A stretch of 63,984 bases of DNA, filler included, from Octopus bimaculoides (GCF_001194135.2; 10 parts of 8 records of this genome joined end to end with filler, not necessarily neighbours in it); one strand, 5' to 3'. Shown: positions 1 through 13,562, counted from the whole stretch's first letter. The notes: generated from the letters alone by a model not told the origin. Numbers and translations: made by a program.

Positions 1-66
<66 letters not shown>

Positions 67-842
67 ATTTGTAAGTATATATATTTATATATAGATATTA
101 GTCGTGGCAGTACATGTTAGCATTATTGCATTGTCATGTAAGCTGTTATTGATACGTCTAGGCTTAGTGACTGTGTGGGCCAAATTACATAGTTTGTCCT
201 TGTGATCTGTCTAGACATAAACAGGTGATACACTGGCTGACCAATTATAATGGTGCTGATGTTGTCATGTTCAGATGCTGTGTCATTCCAACCCAGCAGA
301 CTGTAACTCTGAATGGTTACCATCCTAGTAGTATTGGTGATGGTGGTGAGTTGTTCTTAAAGATGTAGTGTTTCTAATACATCTATGTCTGTGTATGAGA
401 TTGTGTGTGTGTGTGTGTATAAAAGAGGGAATCTATATGTGATTGACGCTAACAGACTCTCTCCATTTCTCTTCTGTACGTCTGAATTCTGCTTTGTAAG
501 AGTGGTAGACTGAGAGTAGTAAATTGCTAAACTGAATTGTCTAAGAGTGTAGAATCTTTAGGTTATTCTAAAAATATGTTGCGTGGTATTTAATTATTTG
601 GTGTTCAAATTCCTCCAAGTTTGTTTCTTTGCTTTTCATCCTTCCGGGGTTGATAAAGCACCAATCAGGTGCTAGAATGGATTAATCTACTGTGCTCCCC
701 AACACCACACAGTTGTGAAATTTCTGTCCTTGTGCTTTTGCAACAAACCCTTAGTTTACTTCGTCTGTCTGGTGTCTGTTTCTGCCTGTCTGTATGTTTG
801 TTTTCTGTATAGTTGAGTCCATTAATTTTCTTCATGTTGTGG

Positions 843-1075
843 TTGTGTGCTTAAGAAGCTTGCTTCCTGTTCGTACAGTTTTAGGTTCAATCCCACTGCA
901 TGGCACCTTGAGCAAGTGTCTTCTTCTACAGCCCCCAGAATGAACCAAAGGTTGCAAGTGGATTTGGTAAGAAGCCCTTCATATGTGTGTGCATCTGTGT
1001 GTGTGTGTTCCCATGTCTTGACATCACATGATGCTTGACAAGCTAGCATCATCATCGTACAAGTGAAGTTTGGTT
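843..1075 (+). mobile_element. tRNA-derived SINE (family A variant), degenerate
   Basis: Head ttaagaagcttgcttcc...ggttcaatcccactgcatggcaccttgagcaagtgtc matches the family A head seen many times in the window. Confidence 0.7.
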
Positions 1076-1788
1076 TGTCTTCCAGAAAAAAAAAAAAACA
1101 TGTCTAGCTATGGGAAAATGTTACCTTGCTCAGAAACAAGTGTAGGTTGGTGACAGGAAAGGCACTTGAACATCGAAAATGTGCCTTAAATTCTATTTGT
1201 CCCTTGCAAACCTGGAAAGTGAACAATAATTGAATACCATCATGATAGCAGTCTCTACCAAACACACACACTCTCTCTCTCTCTCTCTCTCTGATGCACG
1301 CACACACACACACACACACACATTCTATCACTTTATATATGATATTCTTTTGCTTGTTTCAGTCATTTGACTGCGGCCATGCTGGAGCACCAATGTTTGG
1401 GTCTTTTTTTTTTGCACATCACGCTCTCTTTCTAATATTTCTCATTGGTCTGTCTTGCATGAATGTATGCATATTTGTGTGTATGTATGTATGAATGAAT
1501 GAATGAACGACAAGATTATGCTTCCATTTCCTAAATTTACTCATAATCCACTCTTTGGTTGATCCCAATCTATTGTAGAAGACACTTGCCCAAGGTGACA
1601 TACAGTGGGATTGAACTTGAAATCACGTGATGAGAAAGTAACCTTTTCAACTAAATGTCATATTTCTATCTTCTTTGATTTAAAAAAAAAGGCACAAAAG
1701 TATATCTTCAACTCAGCTGCTATTTTAATGCCTGCTCAATCAAAACCATTTTCATTCTCTCACCAATCTTGTGTTTTTTCTCTTGCAG

Positions 1789-1953
1789 ACAGTAAAACTT
1801 CTGAAGAAGATTTAGTATCAATTTATTCAGGAACATTTGCAGATTTTTCAAAGGCAAGACCCCAAATTTATCGACCAAGTGTGTATACTAAAGATGGAAA
1901 ATTAGCATATGATTATTTGAAAACAGCTCCCTCTAGCTCTAAGTGGTTGAATG
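1789..1953 (+). CDS. Internal exon of a semaphorin (Sema domain, Semaphorin-2-like)
   Basis: Acceptor gtgttttttctcttgcAG|ac and donor aatg|GTAAGT; 165 nt, phase 1-1, open frame (D)SKTSEEDLVSIYSGTFADFSKARPQIYRPSVYTKDGKLAYDYLKTAPSSSKWLN. This matches the semaphorin motif LYSGT-x-A-[DE]-F...I-[FY]-R...SKWL-[ND] that precedes [EDK]PNFV. The spacing resembles invertebrate Sema-2a. Confidence 0.88.
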
Positions 1954-2550
1954 GTAAGTTGCTATTTCATAATTTTAAGTGGTTCTGTATTGTAAAGTTG
2001 CTTTGCATTGTTGTGAAAATGGTTAATCTAGAGCCATAGAAATATTTTCCAGCATGCAATAAAATCATAATTAAAAAGATATTTCATATAATGAAACTAA
2101 TAGATTTTAGCTCTTTTTGATTACAAGAACATCTTGCTTTAGAAATGGTCATAGTACCCAAAAATCTTAAATCAAAGGAGTTTTTGATAGTGTGAAGATA
2201 TTGTAAGAGAGTTTCATCATTGTTGATAAGGTTGCAGGTTGCAAATTAAGGACTTTGACAAACTAATTTAGCAGGTAATTAATTAATTAATTTATTAATT
2301 ATCTAATTAATTTCTAATAAAAGTGAAGTAAAATACAAACAGTTTGTGTGCTTCTGTTGGCAGTATGACCCTCCAAAAGTTTTGCAATATATTCTTGTAA
2401 AATTGCTTATAAATCTGTTTGAAGTTTTTGGTCAGGTCCCCAAGTACCAGTTTAATAATGAAAAGATGGTTTACTAAATCCCTCAAAATTCTTCACTATT
2501 CTTAAAAAGTGAAAAATACAATCGGTTAAAAATTCTACTGGAAATATTAC

Positions 2551-2878
2551 TTTTACTCTGTTACTTGTTTCAGTCATTTAACTGTGGCCATGCTGGAGCA
2601 CCGCCTTTAGTCGAGCAAATCGACCCCAGCACTTATTCTTTGTAAGCCTAGTACTTATTCTATCGGCCTCTTTTGCTGAACCGCTAAGTTACAGGGACGT
2701 AAACACACCAGCATCGGTTGTCAAGCGATGTTGGGGCGACAAACTCAGACACACAAACATATACACACACATACATATCCATATATATATACATATATAC
2801 GACGGGCTTCTTTCAGTTTCCGTCTACCAAATCCACTCACAAGGCTTTGGTCGGCCTGAGGCTGTAGTAGAAGTATCC
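2551..2878 (-). mobile_element. SINE family A (tRNA head, CORE-like ccttgggcaagt, internal TA/CA microsatellite, ~190-bp tail)
   Basis: Reverse copy of the tail ...ggcggtgctccagcatggccacagttaaatgactgaaacaagtaa plus the middle section (gtagacggaaactgaaagaagcccgtcg). Confidence 0.85.
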
Positions 2879-3199
2879 TGTTTGCTACTGGACACGATAA
2901 CAATTTGGAACGGTTTGCTAGGAAAAGCTCGGTCATTTTTGTTGGTATTTAACCTCTGGTCAGTCCTGATTGAGCTGACCTATGACCAAAGGCATTTAAG
3001 CAACGACCATCCCATCTGTTTTTAAAGAATAGTCTTTGTAGACTCTTCCACCCATACTATGTCTAAATTCTACCTTACTCTAGCGTTATTCTAACGTATT
3101 TTCTTCCTAGAACTCCTTTGAAATTCCCTGTCTGGCCATGTGTTCTTTGTTGTGAATTTATAATATATAATGGTCTGTTATAGGGTTTCTCACTTTTGC

Positions 3200-3480
3200 C
3201 AGTTGAGTGGTGTGGAGCAATGTGAAATGGAGAATTTTGCTCAAGAACACAACACATCACCCAGTCCAGGAATTGAAACCACAACCATACGATCGTGAAC
3301 CCAACACACTAATCATCAAGCCACATGCCTCCACTAGGTCTAAGTGTGGGCACATGATTGCAAGATTGTGCCCTCTCATGAACTAGTGTGCTGCGTTCTT
3401 GAGCAAGGCACTTCATCTGATATTGTCTCAGATCACTCAGCTGAAAGAAATGTATACCAGTGTTAGCTTGGGGTCAATCC
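3200..3480. mobile_element. Divergent (head-to-head) pair of tRNA-derived SINEs, family D
   Basis: Minus copy 3200-3334 (caaccatacgatcgtgaacccaacacactaatc..gccacatgcctccac) and plus copy 3344-3480 (ttcttgagcaaggcacttcatc..cactcagctg). The same family occurs at 30220-30360 (-) and 53030-53180 (-). Confidence 0.6.
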
Positions 3481-4399
3481 CACGACAAACTGGCATCTTC
3501 CATACAGGGATGAATTTTATACTTAACTGTAAGGCCCAAGGAAAACCGACTGCAATTCCTCAGAAACTAGAAAATGCTCCAGTTTAATTGATCTCTAAAC
3601 TCAAAACATACTTTAACTGATCAACCATATAGCGGGCTCCCTTTATAAATTGTTGTTGATTTAATCAGTAAATTAAACAGTGGGTATTCAGAATGTACAT
3701 TAACAAAATGGGTCTTTCGATATCAATTATGACAGAACATTTTTAATTGAAATATAAACACCTGGAAACTAATATGGAAGGACTCTTGCTTCATAGGAAA
3801 CGAGACACAGCTTCGTATAGAGTTGAAATTGAAAGGGTTTTCAAAAACAAATATATCTGTACCTAGCGGCAACAGTACTTTAAACTTTGAACCACCAAAC
3901 ATTCTAATATAAATACATAAATAAATAAATAAACAAACAAATAAAGTTATAAAATAAATGGTTGCCAAATCTTGATGCAGCTTATTTTTCACCTAAAATC
4001 TATAAATCTTTGGAGGTGGTGTTTATTTACCTGTCAAAGAAAAGTCAATTAACATACAGATTAAAGTGATGTTGTGTTGGAGAGAAAATTAATGGACTGT
4101 ACCTAGGTATATAGCTAACACAGCAGTGATCTGATGCTGCTGATGTTGTTGTTGTTGTTGTTGTTGATTGGTCTAAGGGTTTGGAGGTGTTTGTTTTATT
4201 TATTTTTTTTTTGCATTGTTTTACAGTTTTCTTTTGCTTGGAGGAGGTAGCCAGAGGAAAGCTGCTGGAATGTTTTTAAATGTTTTTTTTCTTTTATATA
4301 TTTACCTTATTATATTTAATGAAAATAAATGAGTTTTCTTTCTATCAGTAACTATTATTATGGAGTTTATTTACTACTACTACTACCACCACCACCACC

Positions 4400-4437
<38 letters not shown>

Positions 4438-4748
4438 CACTACTACTACTACTACAACTACTACCACCACCACTACTACTGATGCTAGGTGGTCAATTTT
4501 GGCACAGTTGTTAGAGTAGTGTCCAAATGCTTTGGAGCAATTCTTTCAGCTTTTTGCATTCCTAGTTCAAATCTGGTGAGGTCAGCTTCTGCTCCGTTCC
4601 ATCCAGGGTCAGTAAAATAAAGACTTGAATTTCTAAATCTGTGTTTTATTTTAGTGAGAAATTACTTCCCTGCTTCAAGAAGTGGAGCAATATTGAGCTG
4701 AAGGCTTGCATCCTCTTCATTGGCTTGGGAATGAAATTTGCTTAGGGA

Positions 4749-5090
4749 GTGCAAACCGAAACGCCATCACGCTTCAGGACCAGTTACTCCAACAGCCTGT
4801 GTTTCAGGGGCCCGCAGCTTTTTAATATTCTCCCAAAGAGCCTGAGGAACCTGCACAAAGTAGATATAGGCGTTTTTAAATCAAGGCTGGACCTCTTCCT
4901 GTTGAGAGTCCCAGATGAACCTACCTCACGGCAAGAGGTGCACATGAGGGTAGCTACATCAAACTCCATTCTTCACCAAGTGCCACACATTGGAGAAAGC
5001 TCTCAGTAATAACAGTGCAGCAACACGGCGGTGCATCAGCATGGCTGCAGCTCTTAACTGAAACTACAGTAATAAAATAAGATAAAAATC
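4749..5090 (+). mobile_element. 3' end of a CR1/L2-like LINE (ORF2 C-terminus plus 3' tail)
   Basis: RGPQLFNILPKSLRNL...FKSRLDLFLLRVPDEP...ATSNSILHQ is a typical post-RT C-terminus. It is followed by ggcggtgcatcagcatggctgcag..ctgaaac and an A-rich tail. Confidence 0.75.
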
Positions 5091-5289
5091 GAGAAATGGT
5101 GAGAATTGACGTATAAATTCATCTGTAGCTGTTTTTGAAATTATATGTTTTGGACGAGTTTACTCGTCGCACACTGAGAAAGACAAATTGGATGAAGACG
5201 AGTTAACTCGTCTTTGCTAGGTAAGGGTTTAAAATGAACCCAGGGCACACAATGAAGTTGGTGGTAAATGAACTGAGGGCAAAGAGGAT

Positions 5290-5630
5290 CTTTTGCCAGG
5301 GCCACTGACTGGCCCCCATGCTGGTGGCATGTAAAAAGCACCGTTTGAGTGTGATCATTACCAGTGTCGCCTTACTGGCACTTGTGCCGGTGGTATGTTG
5401 AAAACACCATTTGAGCCTGGGCGTTGCCAGTGCCGCCTGACTGGCCCTCATGCCGGTGGCACGTAAAAGCACCCACTATACTCTCGGAGTGGTTGGCATT
5501 AGGAAGGGCATCCAGCTGTAGAAACTCTGCCAGATCAGATTTGAGCCTGGTGCAACCATCTGGCTCACTAGTCTCCAGTCAAACCGTCCAACCCATACTA
5601 GCATGGAAAGCGGATGTTAAACGATGATGA

Positions 5631-5635
<5 letters not shown>
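5290..5635 (+). mobile_element. RTE-type LINE 3' UTR repeat ending in (GAT)n
   Basis: ggcacgtaaaagcaccc..gagtggttggcattaggaagggcatccagctgtagaaac..cggatgttaaacgatgatgatg. Further copies at 25250-25465 (-) and 29505-29700 (+). The RTE link is inferred from the short-repeat tail. Confidence 0.6.
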
Positions 5636-5667
<32 letters not shown>

Positions 5668-6332
5668 TTACACACACACACATGATGAGTTTTCACAGAG
5701 TTTCCATCTGCCAAATTCACTGACCAGGAATTGGTCAGCCTAGGGCTGTAGTAGAAGACTATCTGCCCATGGGTCTGCACAGTGGGACTGAACCCCAAAC
5801 TCAGAGCACATCATGGCAAAGTAAACTTCTTAACCACACGGCCATGCCTGCACCTAGATGTAAAGTAACAATGATAATGTTCAATGATGATGACTATAAC
5901 AACAACAACAACGAAGGTGGTGGTGGTGGTGTGGGGGGCAGCAGTGATGATGATAACGTTTATTTAAATTGAATGTCATTATTTTGTGGCATGAGTTTAC
6001 CTGTCGTTATGAGATGCAGGTGTGAACATTGCATTGCCTTATCACAAAGGAATTCAGTTTAAATAAATAAATAAATAAATAATCTCAGCAACAGGTATTG
6101 AATGCTCTTTTCCTCTTTTATTGAGTATCTACATCATTTGAATGCATTCTCTGTTACACACACACACACACAATTACACACATGCACACACACACATGCA
6201 TACGCGCACATAGTAGATACAATATATGTATTAAGTTGAGGCTCCAGCATGACCTTCATGATGATGTAAACAAATTAAGGAACTAAAGAACACTCTCACA
6301 TACATAAATATATATATACACATGTATATGTG

Positions 6333-6383
<51 letters not shown>

Positions 6384-8406
6384 NNNNNNNNNNNNNNNNN
6401 NNNNNNNNNNNNNNNNNNNNNNNNNNNTTAATTAATTAANNNNNNNNNNNNNNNNNNNNNNNNNNNNNNNNNNNNNNNNNNNNTATATATATATATATAT
6501 ATATGTATATTAAAAACGGAAAATTAAAACAGAACACAAATGATTCCGTGGTATACGTGTTTCAAACTTTATACACATTATATGAGTATATAATTGATAG
6601 ACAGGATGGCATAAGGCTATCTTCAGCCGAAAATATATTCTTTCCCAAGCATTATATCACACAGAAGTCACCAAGAAAAAAGCAAAAGAGAGAGAAACAT
6701 GAGAGATATTTCGGAATACCGATGAACTTGTATGTAAATGTATCAACTTAAAGGATAAACATATTACAATGTATATTACAATGAATATTACAATGGATAA
6801 TGCCAAGTGGACTCCCCCTTGGTATTGATTGGTATAACTAACTGATAGAATATAATCATTATCCATATACTTATTTAGATGACCAACGAAACCTTAATCA
6901 GAAAAAGGAAGTGTGTTAATGTTCTTTTTCTTTTTTCAATTTTCTCCCCGTGTAAATCATTCAAGTATGACTATGATGGAAACAACGCCTTGATGGGTCA
7001 AGTGGAACAATTTGAACCTAACATATATTTTAAACTCTGGTACTTCCTCCTTTAAGTAACGGGTAGTTTACGGGGGCGTAAACAAAGCAACACAGGTTGA
7101 CAAGCGGTGAGAGACAAGCAGAAAAAACATAGTGACATATGTATGATGCACTTCCACGCAGTTTCAATCAAATAAATTCTCTCTCAAGTCTCTGATTAGC
7201 AGGTACTATAGTAAAAGGCTCTCGCTCAAGTTTTCATGAATAGAAACTGAACCCAAAAGCCGATGGCTGCAAAGAGAATTTCTTAATCCCACGGACATGC
7301 CTGCGGTTATGTTAGTGAAAATTTGGAATAAAGTTACACAATATGTGAATAATAAATCCGAAATATAATGCGATTTACCAACGCGCCAGGTTACCCTGAC
7401 TAGAGTAATGCTTTGTGTTGTTCCGCCTCATGCCTCATGGTCTGGTTGGATGTGGAAGTATTTTGTTAGACGAGAAACGACTGGGACACAGGTATGAGGG
7501 TTGCTGTGGATGACACAAGCAAGTGCCAACTCATGGTGGATGCAGCGATGTGCTGTAAATATGTCTACGCCCATATCTGACCTCATGTCACCTGTCAATA
7601 ATTGAGTTGTATTGATGAACAACTCGTTATATATCATTATTAGAATATTTCGATAGGCTTGTTCGCAGTCTTGAGCAAATGAAACCTTTGAGTGAGTAAT
7701 TACTGTGAGTGTAACTTAATTTGAAAGTAACTATGCGTAGTATGACTATAAACTGTTGCAGCATCTCATCATTCAAAACTCAAACTTCAGTTCTATGAAA
7801 TGTTTTATCAAGAGCCTACTTTTATTCCAGCACATTCTCAAGAAGCAACTATAATACTTAAATTTTTACAACAATACATATATACTTACAATATTTTTGA
7901 TGGCGATACAGAAAGTTTTAGTATTGTTCAAGCTTATATCGTAAAAAAATATAACAAAACCATAAAACTCTATTGTGTAGAATTGCGATCGGAAATAAAC
8001 AATACGCATTATGAAAACTGAAATATATTGCTTTCAAGATAATGGGGAGAAGACAACAGCGATGTCACCAACAAATAAGCAATAGCTCTAGAAAGAGGGA
8101 AAAATAATATATATTTTGAAAGGACTTCTGATATTATTTAGAAATATGTAATTTATTTAAAGAAATATTGAAAGATTTCTTCGTGGTGAAATTTCAGAAT
8201 TATGATAAGTAAAATAAAATATTCCAGCATGAAAAAAAAAAAAAAAGATCAACGAATACAATGAAATTTCTATGAATCCATTTTAGCAACAGGTATTACT
8301 AAATGGTGCAGGTTATGTGCTCTCAGTATTATTTTAAATAGATACACATACGCATAAAATCACTCTCAAATATATATGCATAATTTAGGGCATCTGTTTA
8401 TCTATC

Positions 8407-8482
<76 letters not shown>

Positions 8483-8537
8483 NNNNNNNNNNTATCTATC
8501 TATCTATCTATCCAGATAGACAGATAGATAGATAGAT

Positions 8538-8606
<69 letters not shown>

Positions 8607-9100
8607 AGATAGATCTATATACACACATAGATCAGTATGTATATAAATACACACAAAAGCATATAATAAAACATAGATGTTATAAAATTCAGTGGGTATG
8701 GTAAGAAGATTCTTTCCCAGACACACTGTTCCGGGCTGAGTCCTAATGTGTAGCAACTTGGGGAAGGTTGTCTTCTACAATAACCTCGGGACGACCAAAG
8801 TCTTGTGAATGCATTTGGTAGACGGAAACTGAAAGGAGACCGAAGTATATTTATAGGTGTGTGTGTATATATATANNNNNNNNNNNNNNNNNNNNNNNNN
8901 NNNNNNNNNNNNNNNNNNNTTAATTAATTAANNNNNNNNNNNNNNNNNNNNNNNNNNNNNNNNNNNNNNNNNNNNACTGACAGAGCACAGATGTGTGTCA
9001 ATAGCCAGCTGGAGGAGATGTTCTCCTGGGGCTAAAAGCAACAGTAAGATTCACCCTTAGAGTTTAGCTGCATTTAAGTGGCAAATATACTTCACGTATA

Positions 9101-9136
<36 letters not shown>

Positions 9137-9138
<2 letters not shown>

Positions 9139-10000
9139 AGCAGAAACACCCGGCGATTCGCGGGTTAAAGAAAATACTGAAATTTAAAAATGACGTCTAG
9201 ATTACGCAGGTTGCAATAGCTAGTAGCTAAGATACAAACTTTCTGTATTATTAACTCTTCAATGCATGCTAGCAAGGAACATAGACGTTAAGTGGAATGT
9301 TGAAAGAAACTTTTCAACTCATATATGTAAGTAAAGTGAATGCACGTAATTCAAATACACGTTTTGTGTAGCGTATTTCAAAACCAAAAAGAAACAGGTA
9401 CAGATTATAAACAATGAAAGACCGATTTTGATGATTCATTTGATAGAGATAGTAGATAGTCAATCCGATGATAGATCTGACCTTGCATCTTGAAAGTTTG
9501 CATGAATCTTGGCTCAGTTAAATCACTTGTGGCTCCAAATGATGTTATCTGTAGTGCAGCGTTGTATTGTCTAATGTTGTTTTGGAAGTGTTCGGAATCG
9601 ACAGCAGTTTCTTCAATGTCTCTGGAGGTTGGGGGAGTGAAGATTGAAAGGGGTTTAACCTTTCCACCACTGCATAGTGCAAGTGTCTCTTCAGGAAACT
9701 TTCTTGCTTTACAATATATGCACTCAGTTGTCATTGCACCAATGGAAACTTTAGTGTCATCTGTATAATGAACTACTGGATCATAATTGAAAGCTGCTCC
9801 ATAGAAGTTGCCTCTCTGAGTTGTTGGAACTCCTCTTCGTTCTGCAGTGGAAATCCTATTCCTTGTCAGCCGCGCATACCTCTATTCATCACTTTGATAT
9901 GTTCTGACTTTTGTAGTGCACAGTCTGTTCGTTTCTTGGTATGCTTCCCTTTCTGCAGTTGTCTCTCTTTCCTTGGACAGAGACATTCTTTTTGCTGACA
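9137..10000 (-). mobile_element. Helitron remnant: RepHel N-terminal coding fragment joined to the 3' terminus (internally deleted)
   Basis: Minus translation AAFNYDP...SIGAMTTECIYCKARKFPEET...CSGGKVK...HFQNNIRQYNAALQITSFGAT...TFKMQGQIYHRI is a conserved Helitron N-terminal block. The 3' hairpin cccgcgaatcgccggg (9164-9149) is followed by a CTAT (CTAG-like) end at 9140-9137. Confidence 0.85.
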
Positions 10001-10024
10001 TTGACAATGTAGACAAATTTACAA

Positions 10025-11750
10025 ATGTTACATTTTTCTTTCTAGCTTTTACTTCATTTAGAACTGCTTTGTCTATATATAATAGATCATGCGTTCCTCT
10101 AGCCTTCTTCCTGCAAACTGTTGTTCTTCTGGTAGTAAATTCTGGCTGTCAAGATGCTCGTAAACACTTTCTGAAAGCATTCCTGCTAACAGCTTCCACA
10201 CTAATGGTGAGCACGTGATTGGTCTATAATTGCTAGCTGTACTACCCTTGCTTTTATCTTTCATAAGGAGTATTGTTCTCCTTCTCTCATTCAATCTAGT
10301 ACTATTCCTCCATTAAGGGAACCCTGAAGTTGTTCCCTCAGCCTCCCATGTAAATTAGTGAATTTCTTTCAACAGTACCCTTGAATTAAATCTGGTCGTG
10401 GGCCCTTCCATTTCGGCATTTTGCCTAACACTTTACTCATTAATGCACTAGTTAATCTTAGATCTGGCTGCTTGCACACTCTCTACATATTCCCTCACTA
10501 TCTTTAACCATACTGCATCTCCATTATGCTTGACTGGTTTATCCCAAATATTACTCCAGAACTTTCTATCTTCTTATGCATTAAGTATCTCATCTTCAGT
10601 ACTTTCTTATCCTCTATTTATTTGGCTATAAAATCTTCTCTGGTCTGTCTCAAATAATCTATTCTGGAAATCTTATCTGGAAATCTTATCTGCTACTGCT
10701 AGGGTACAGTGTTTCAGCTCTTCTATAACTGTCAGAAAGCCTTTCTCTTTGATTAAGTATATTTTCCCAAGGGAAGATTTAAATCTTCTTTCCTAACTTT
10801 TTCAGTTTCCAGACTTCTATTCTACTCATATTTTGTCTTAAAGCTTTCACTTTATTTTGTAATTTCCTATTCCACATTTGCTCTTTTCTAATCTTTCCCT
10901 TGTGGAATATCTAATCGTCTAGTAAATACTACCCCTCCTGCATAAATCAATAAGTTAGTGTCTCCTACATTTTTAGAATGTATCCTACTGATAACAGAAT
11001 CTACTTTCCTAATCATATTTAGCAGTTTACTTCTGTTGGTGCCTTTTAATGCAGGCAATCTTTTTCTTCTTTACTCAATATTTCCTGCAACTCATGTAAT
11101 ATCTTCTGATCTTCCTCACTTAAATCACTTAGATCGCTGGTGCCAGTTGTCCCCTCCTTATTGGTAATGCTTTTATTACTTTTTCCTTTAGGAACTTCTT
11201 TGGATTGAGCTGTATCTCTTATATTGTTGTTTGTCTTTCCTACCGTCTGGTCTTTCTTTTCCAGTTCTCTTGTAATCTCTTCCACATCAAGTTCAATCTT
11301 CCGGCTTCTTCAAATAATGGCATTAGCTTCTTCTACTTGTCTCTGCTCATTCATTTTCAACATACCCTCCTCTACCAAAAGTGTTAACATCCGTTTTCTG
11401 TAGCCCCTTCTTTTAGATTCACTTTCTAAGTAGCACTGCATTACTATCCTGTTTTCTTCGTTGGTCCTCTTCTTCCCCCTTACTCTATTATCTGCTGATG
11501 CTGTCTTAGGATAACAGCTGTGGTCAGACTGCATCTTTGCTGAACCACTGCCGACAAGAAGCATCCTCTTAAAGATCCAACCTCATTGTTGCTGTCACAA
11601 CCAGAGTTTCTTCGGAAACTCCTGTCTCTCATAAACTTAGGTAAGGAGACTTTCGTCACCATCGTCCTCACTACTATTACTTTTCGATATCTGAGAGTTT
11701 CAAGCAATTTTCTATTGCATTACTTGCTCTATTTCTTGTGCTGGTGAGGT
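10025..11750 (-). mobile_element. R4/Dong-clade non-LTR retrotransposon, 5' portion up to the start of RT, degenerate
   Basis: Fragments ENRIVMQCYLESE..KRRGYRKRML...EQR (Dong N-terminus) and RTILLMKDKSKG..ASNYRPITC..VWKLL..EHLDSQNLLPEEQ, then frameshifted RKKARGTHDLLYIDKAVLNEVKARKKN. Confidence 0.8.
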
Positions 11751-12365
11751 GAATGTGTGCTTCATTTGTTTCACTTTTTTTATCTGTGGAATATTGTATT
11801 GCATCAGCATGTTTTGTTATGGGGTCTGGTTTGAGTCTTTTGCTGTATTAGTTTTCGTGTTGTGTGTTGTTTGTGCTGTGCAGGTTGTGTTCTTCTGTTG
11901 AGTATTGGGCTTCTATGGCATATGTTGTGGGCTTTGTTAATATTATTGGGTATTTAATGTATGAGTGTTGGATAGTAGTATGTATAAATCATAAATCAAT
12001 CATTTCATAGTATACATGATTATCTGCCCATCGTTTTATCTTTCATTTTTTTTTGGTTGGTTTTGTTATGCGTCAGCCTTTACAGCGTTTACTTTTTCAT
12101 AGAGAATCGCTCATGGACATATATTGATGTTTATTTCGTATTTATTAATCATTATTGGTATATAAGCAAGAAACCGAGAAAAGACACCAATGTGTATATC
12201 TATATCCATATCTATCTATCTATCTATCTATCTATCTACCTACCTACCTACCTACCTACCTATCTATCTATCTATCTATCTAAACAACCAACTTTCGAAC
12301 ATTGATCACCCCTCTCTCTCTCATTCTTTTCCTTTCGTGTGTAAAGCACAATTTTCAATAGGAAC

Positions 12366-13562
12366 ATGCTTAGAATCGGTTGCGTGGCTTGGGGTCACCT
12401 TGGAAACAAGGCTACCTGTTAAATGACATCAAGTTACAGAATGTGCATATCATAGCCATCAGTGAGACCAGACTCCATAACCCGCAGACCCTCCAGCACA
12501 CTTTCGGCGGACGATTGGACATTTATTTTTCTCCGTGTCTGTGGAGAATGGGGGGAGGTGGTACAGCGGTGCTTTTTCGGAAGCGTCTGGATCTCAAAGT
12601 AAGAGCAATATTTCTAGACCCGGAGTGTAGACTGGTCGTCTTGGACGTCGATGGCAGTAATAGGTGTACTTTTCGACTGATAACAATTTATGAACCGTCC
12701 TTAACAGGTCAGCTGGATTTCTTTCGACGTCTAGAGGGTTTCCTGGGAACGTCACGACCTTTACTTTTGGTGGGGGATTGGAACGATATCTTGGACACGA
12801 ATCTAGACTACGTGGGTAGAGACAGGAATATGAAGGGATGTAAATGCCTCAAAAACCTGCTCAGACGTTTTCAACTGTCTGACAGGTACCGACTGGACCA
12901 GCCGAATGTGCCAATGTGGACATGGAGCAACCGCATCGGGTCGTCCAGATCGTATTTAGATAGAGTATTCTGTAGGACAGTGGATAGGGATAGTGTAGGT
13001 TGTCCACAATTTCATATTGTCAGCTACACAGATCACAAATTTGTGACTTGTACACTTGACTTAGATATGAATCATAGGCAGGGTCCCGGTTACTGGAAAC
13101 TGAACACGTCGTTCACGGCGCGCCGGGCTTACAGGGACCGGATTAGCCCATTAGTTAAGAGGGCATTGACGAGCGCTATCGTCAATAATAGATGGTGGTA
13201 TGTTACAAAGAAAGCAATTAAAGCAGAATTGGCTAGGTGTAGCAAGGCTCTAGCGATAGATCGAAATAGATTAGAGGGAGGCCTAGTTAAGAAATTAGAA
13301 GAGGCACATAGAAGCGGCATCGCGTCCAACGTGCTGGCGGACAGGTTGGTCCTCGACCAATACTTCAACGCCAAACATGAAGGATGCGTTGTCAGAGCTA
13401 GGATGCGTGCTCTGAGAAACGAAGGCATTGGACCTGCCCGAGGCAACAAAGCCACCATTAGGTCTCTGACAGATGAGCAGGGGCGCGAATTACTCGAGCC
13501 CGAAAGGATGTGTGAGGCCTTTCAACAGCACTTTGCCCGACTGTTCCGGACAACTGGTGGGT
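12366..13562 (+). mobile_element. Tx1/L1-clade LINE ORF2 5' part (AP endonuclease plus linker), cut by a gap
   Basis: MLRIGC..RGL (frameshift), IIAISETRL, GGTAVLF, GRLVVLD-like CRLVVLDV, LVGDWN, YLDRVF, TDHKFV, GPGYWKLNTS. About 390 codons are open. Confidence 0.9.

Noticed and set aside
123-323. 66-aa minus ORF considered as a second plexin exon
   Set aside because: No plexin motif (no DDNFCG-like start) and no convincing acceptor; it may be an old LINE remnant.
6428-6439. TTAATTAATTAA islands inside N runs (also ~8920, 13607, 23154, 30707, 46097, 50451, 56203, 61837)
   Set aside because: An identical 12-mer centred in gaps, with stops in all frames, is an assembly spacer and not biology.
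11750-11990. Low-complexity segment vaguely like a Penelope linker on the minus strand
   Set aside because: No clear motif could be read in any frame.
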